A stretch of DNA of 64,000 nt. Source: Geosiphon pyriformis uo1 (lineage: Eukaryota; Fungi; Glomeromycota). The notes beneath the pieces were generated by a model. It was not told the origin of the DNA and made no database searches. It worked only from the letters and a program-made list of their open reading frames with translations. Of this stretch, positions 63,128 to 64,000 are shown piece by piece; within the stretch, counting starts at the first letter, position 1, and each line of letters opens with the position of its first letter. The DNA lies in contig JAAOMT010000617.1 of the NCBI GenBank assembly GCA_016748015.1, forward strand, positions 628,635-692,634. Reading direction: 5' to 3'. Position numbers and translations under genes: made by a program.

Positions 63128-64000
63128 ACTTTCTAAAAATAGAGTGGCTAATTTATATGACATCAGTGGCTAATACATGTGATAATTAATAAGAAGTATA
63201 AGTTTTAACTATAACAATATATTTGTTGTTATGCTTTTAAGTTTATATTTATTTATCTTACTACCAATTTTTTTTTCTGGTAGTGGTTTTTTTGATCTAA
63301 TAATAATATGTGTTCTACTGTTATTAGTTATAGTAGTTTGTTTTTTAATAGTTAAAGTAATATTTAAATAATTTTTAGTTTAATATTCATAGAAAGTATA
63401 AAAAGTGGTTTAAATATTTTGATTCAGGAAATAATTGTTTATGTTAATTAAAAATATCTTTGTTTTAAAAATAATGTATTTATTTATATTTGATTTTTGT
63501 TAATTGTTTGGGTTGGTATTATTACAACAAATAACCAATCAGACTATTTGTAATATTTTTTAAGTTACATGCTATAAACAAGATAATCATTAAAAATTGT
63601 TTTATATTAATCTTGTAGAATATAAAAATCATTAATCAAAACTTTGTTGATTATAAAAAGTTTTTTTTACTAGTTAGAAAATTTATTACTATAGATATTA
63701 TCTCTGTTTAAACAATATTTTAATATTAAGTTACTAATACTTAAAGAAAGTATTTTATAGCTTTTTTTAAAACTGTTTTATTTTTTCAAAAACAATTATT
63801 TGTATTTTTACTAATAAATTAAGAATATATTAAGTTTTCTTTATAAAATGTTTTTGTAATTTTCTATTGTGATTTTTTCAAAAAGTATTATTTTAATGTC
63901 TGTTTTTATTGGTAAAATTGTTATTTGTCTATAAAGCAGATAAAAAATTCATAACTTGTTATATTATAATTCAGCAAACAAAGCTAAAAATAGCACTTTG

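Larger units (their letters stand above)
34893..63216 (-). mobile_element. Ty3/Gypsy family A element A3 (3' LTR 34893-35003 + 55588-56224, split by B2; 5' LTR 62467-63216; TSD ATAT)
   Basis: ATAT at 34889-34892 and 63217-63220; ORF1 62414-58270, IN 58205-56892, ORF3 56850-56194; decayed PBS ~62445-62460. Confidence 0.92.
16139..64000 (-). mobile_element. Old family A element A0, host of the nest; fragments 16139-16360, 34090-34892 and 63217-64000+
   Basis: The fragments join seamlessly into A-LTR, PPT, ORF3 and integrase tail once B1 and A3 are removed at their TSDs; very AT-shifted. Confidence 0.75.

Overview
Eukaryotic, intron-containing fungal DNA. The gene and TE style suggests an early-diverging fungus, probably Glomeromycotina/Mucoromycota (inference). 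A compact CpG-retaining island of five spliced genes at ~6.1-15.3 kb encodes neutral trehalase, a CRAL-TRIO/Sec14-type lipid transfer protein, a Med9-like Mediator subunit, RBX1 and an ABITRAM/FAM206A-like protein. It is flanked by Ty3/Gypsy LTR retrotransposons of at least three families (called A, B and C here). From ~16.1 kb to the end of the window these form one nest up to five levels deep. Five complete insertions (B1, A2, A3, B2, C1) can be delimited by TGTTA...TAACA LTRs and exact 4-bp target-site duplications. All copies are inactivated, almost entirely by C>T/G>A transitions. The main result is a tri-cistronic layout shared by all three families. ORF1 (Gag-PR-[Cys-rich domain-dUTPase]-RT-RH in one frame) ends at a real stop. 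Integrase is a separate out-of-frame ORF with its own ATG after a 62-68 nt spacer, and ends in a PxIxI-like motif instead of a chromodomain. A homologous, soluble ~210-235 aa ORF3 sits in the env position. Each family also has its own tandem-repeat array in the LTR U3 region. One assembly gap (20 N) is flanked by an artefactual 299-bp duplication.
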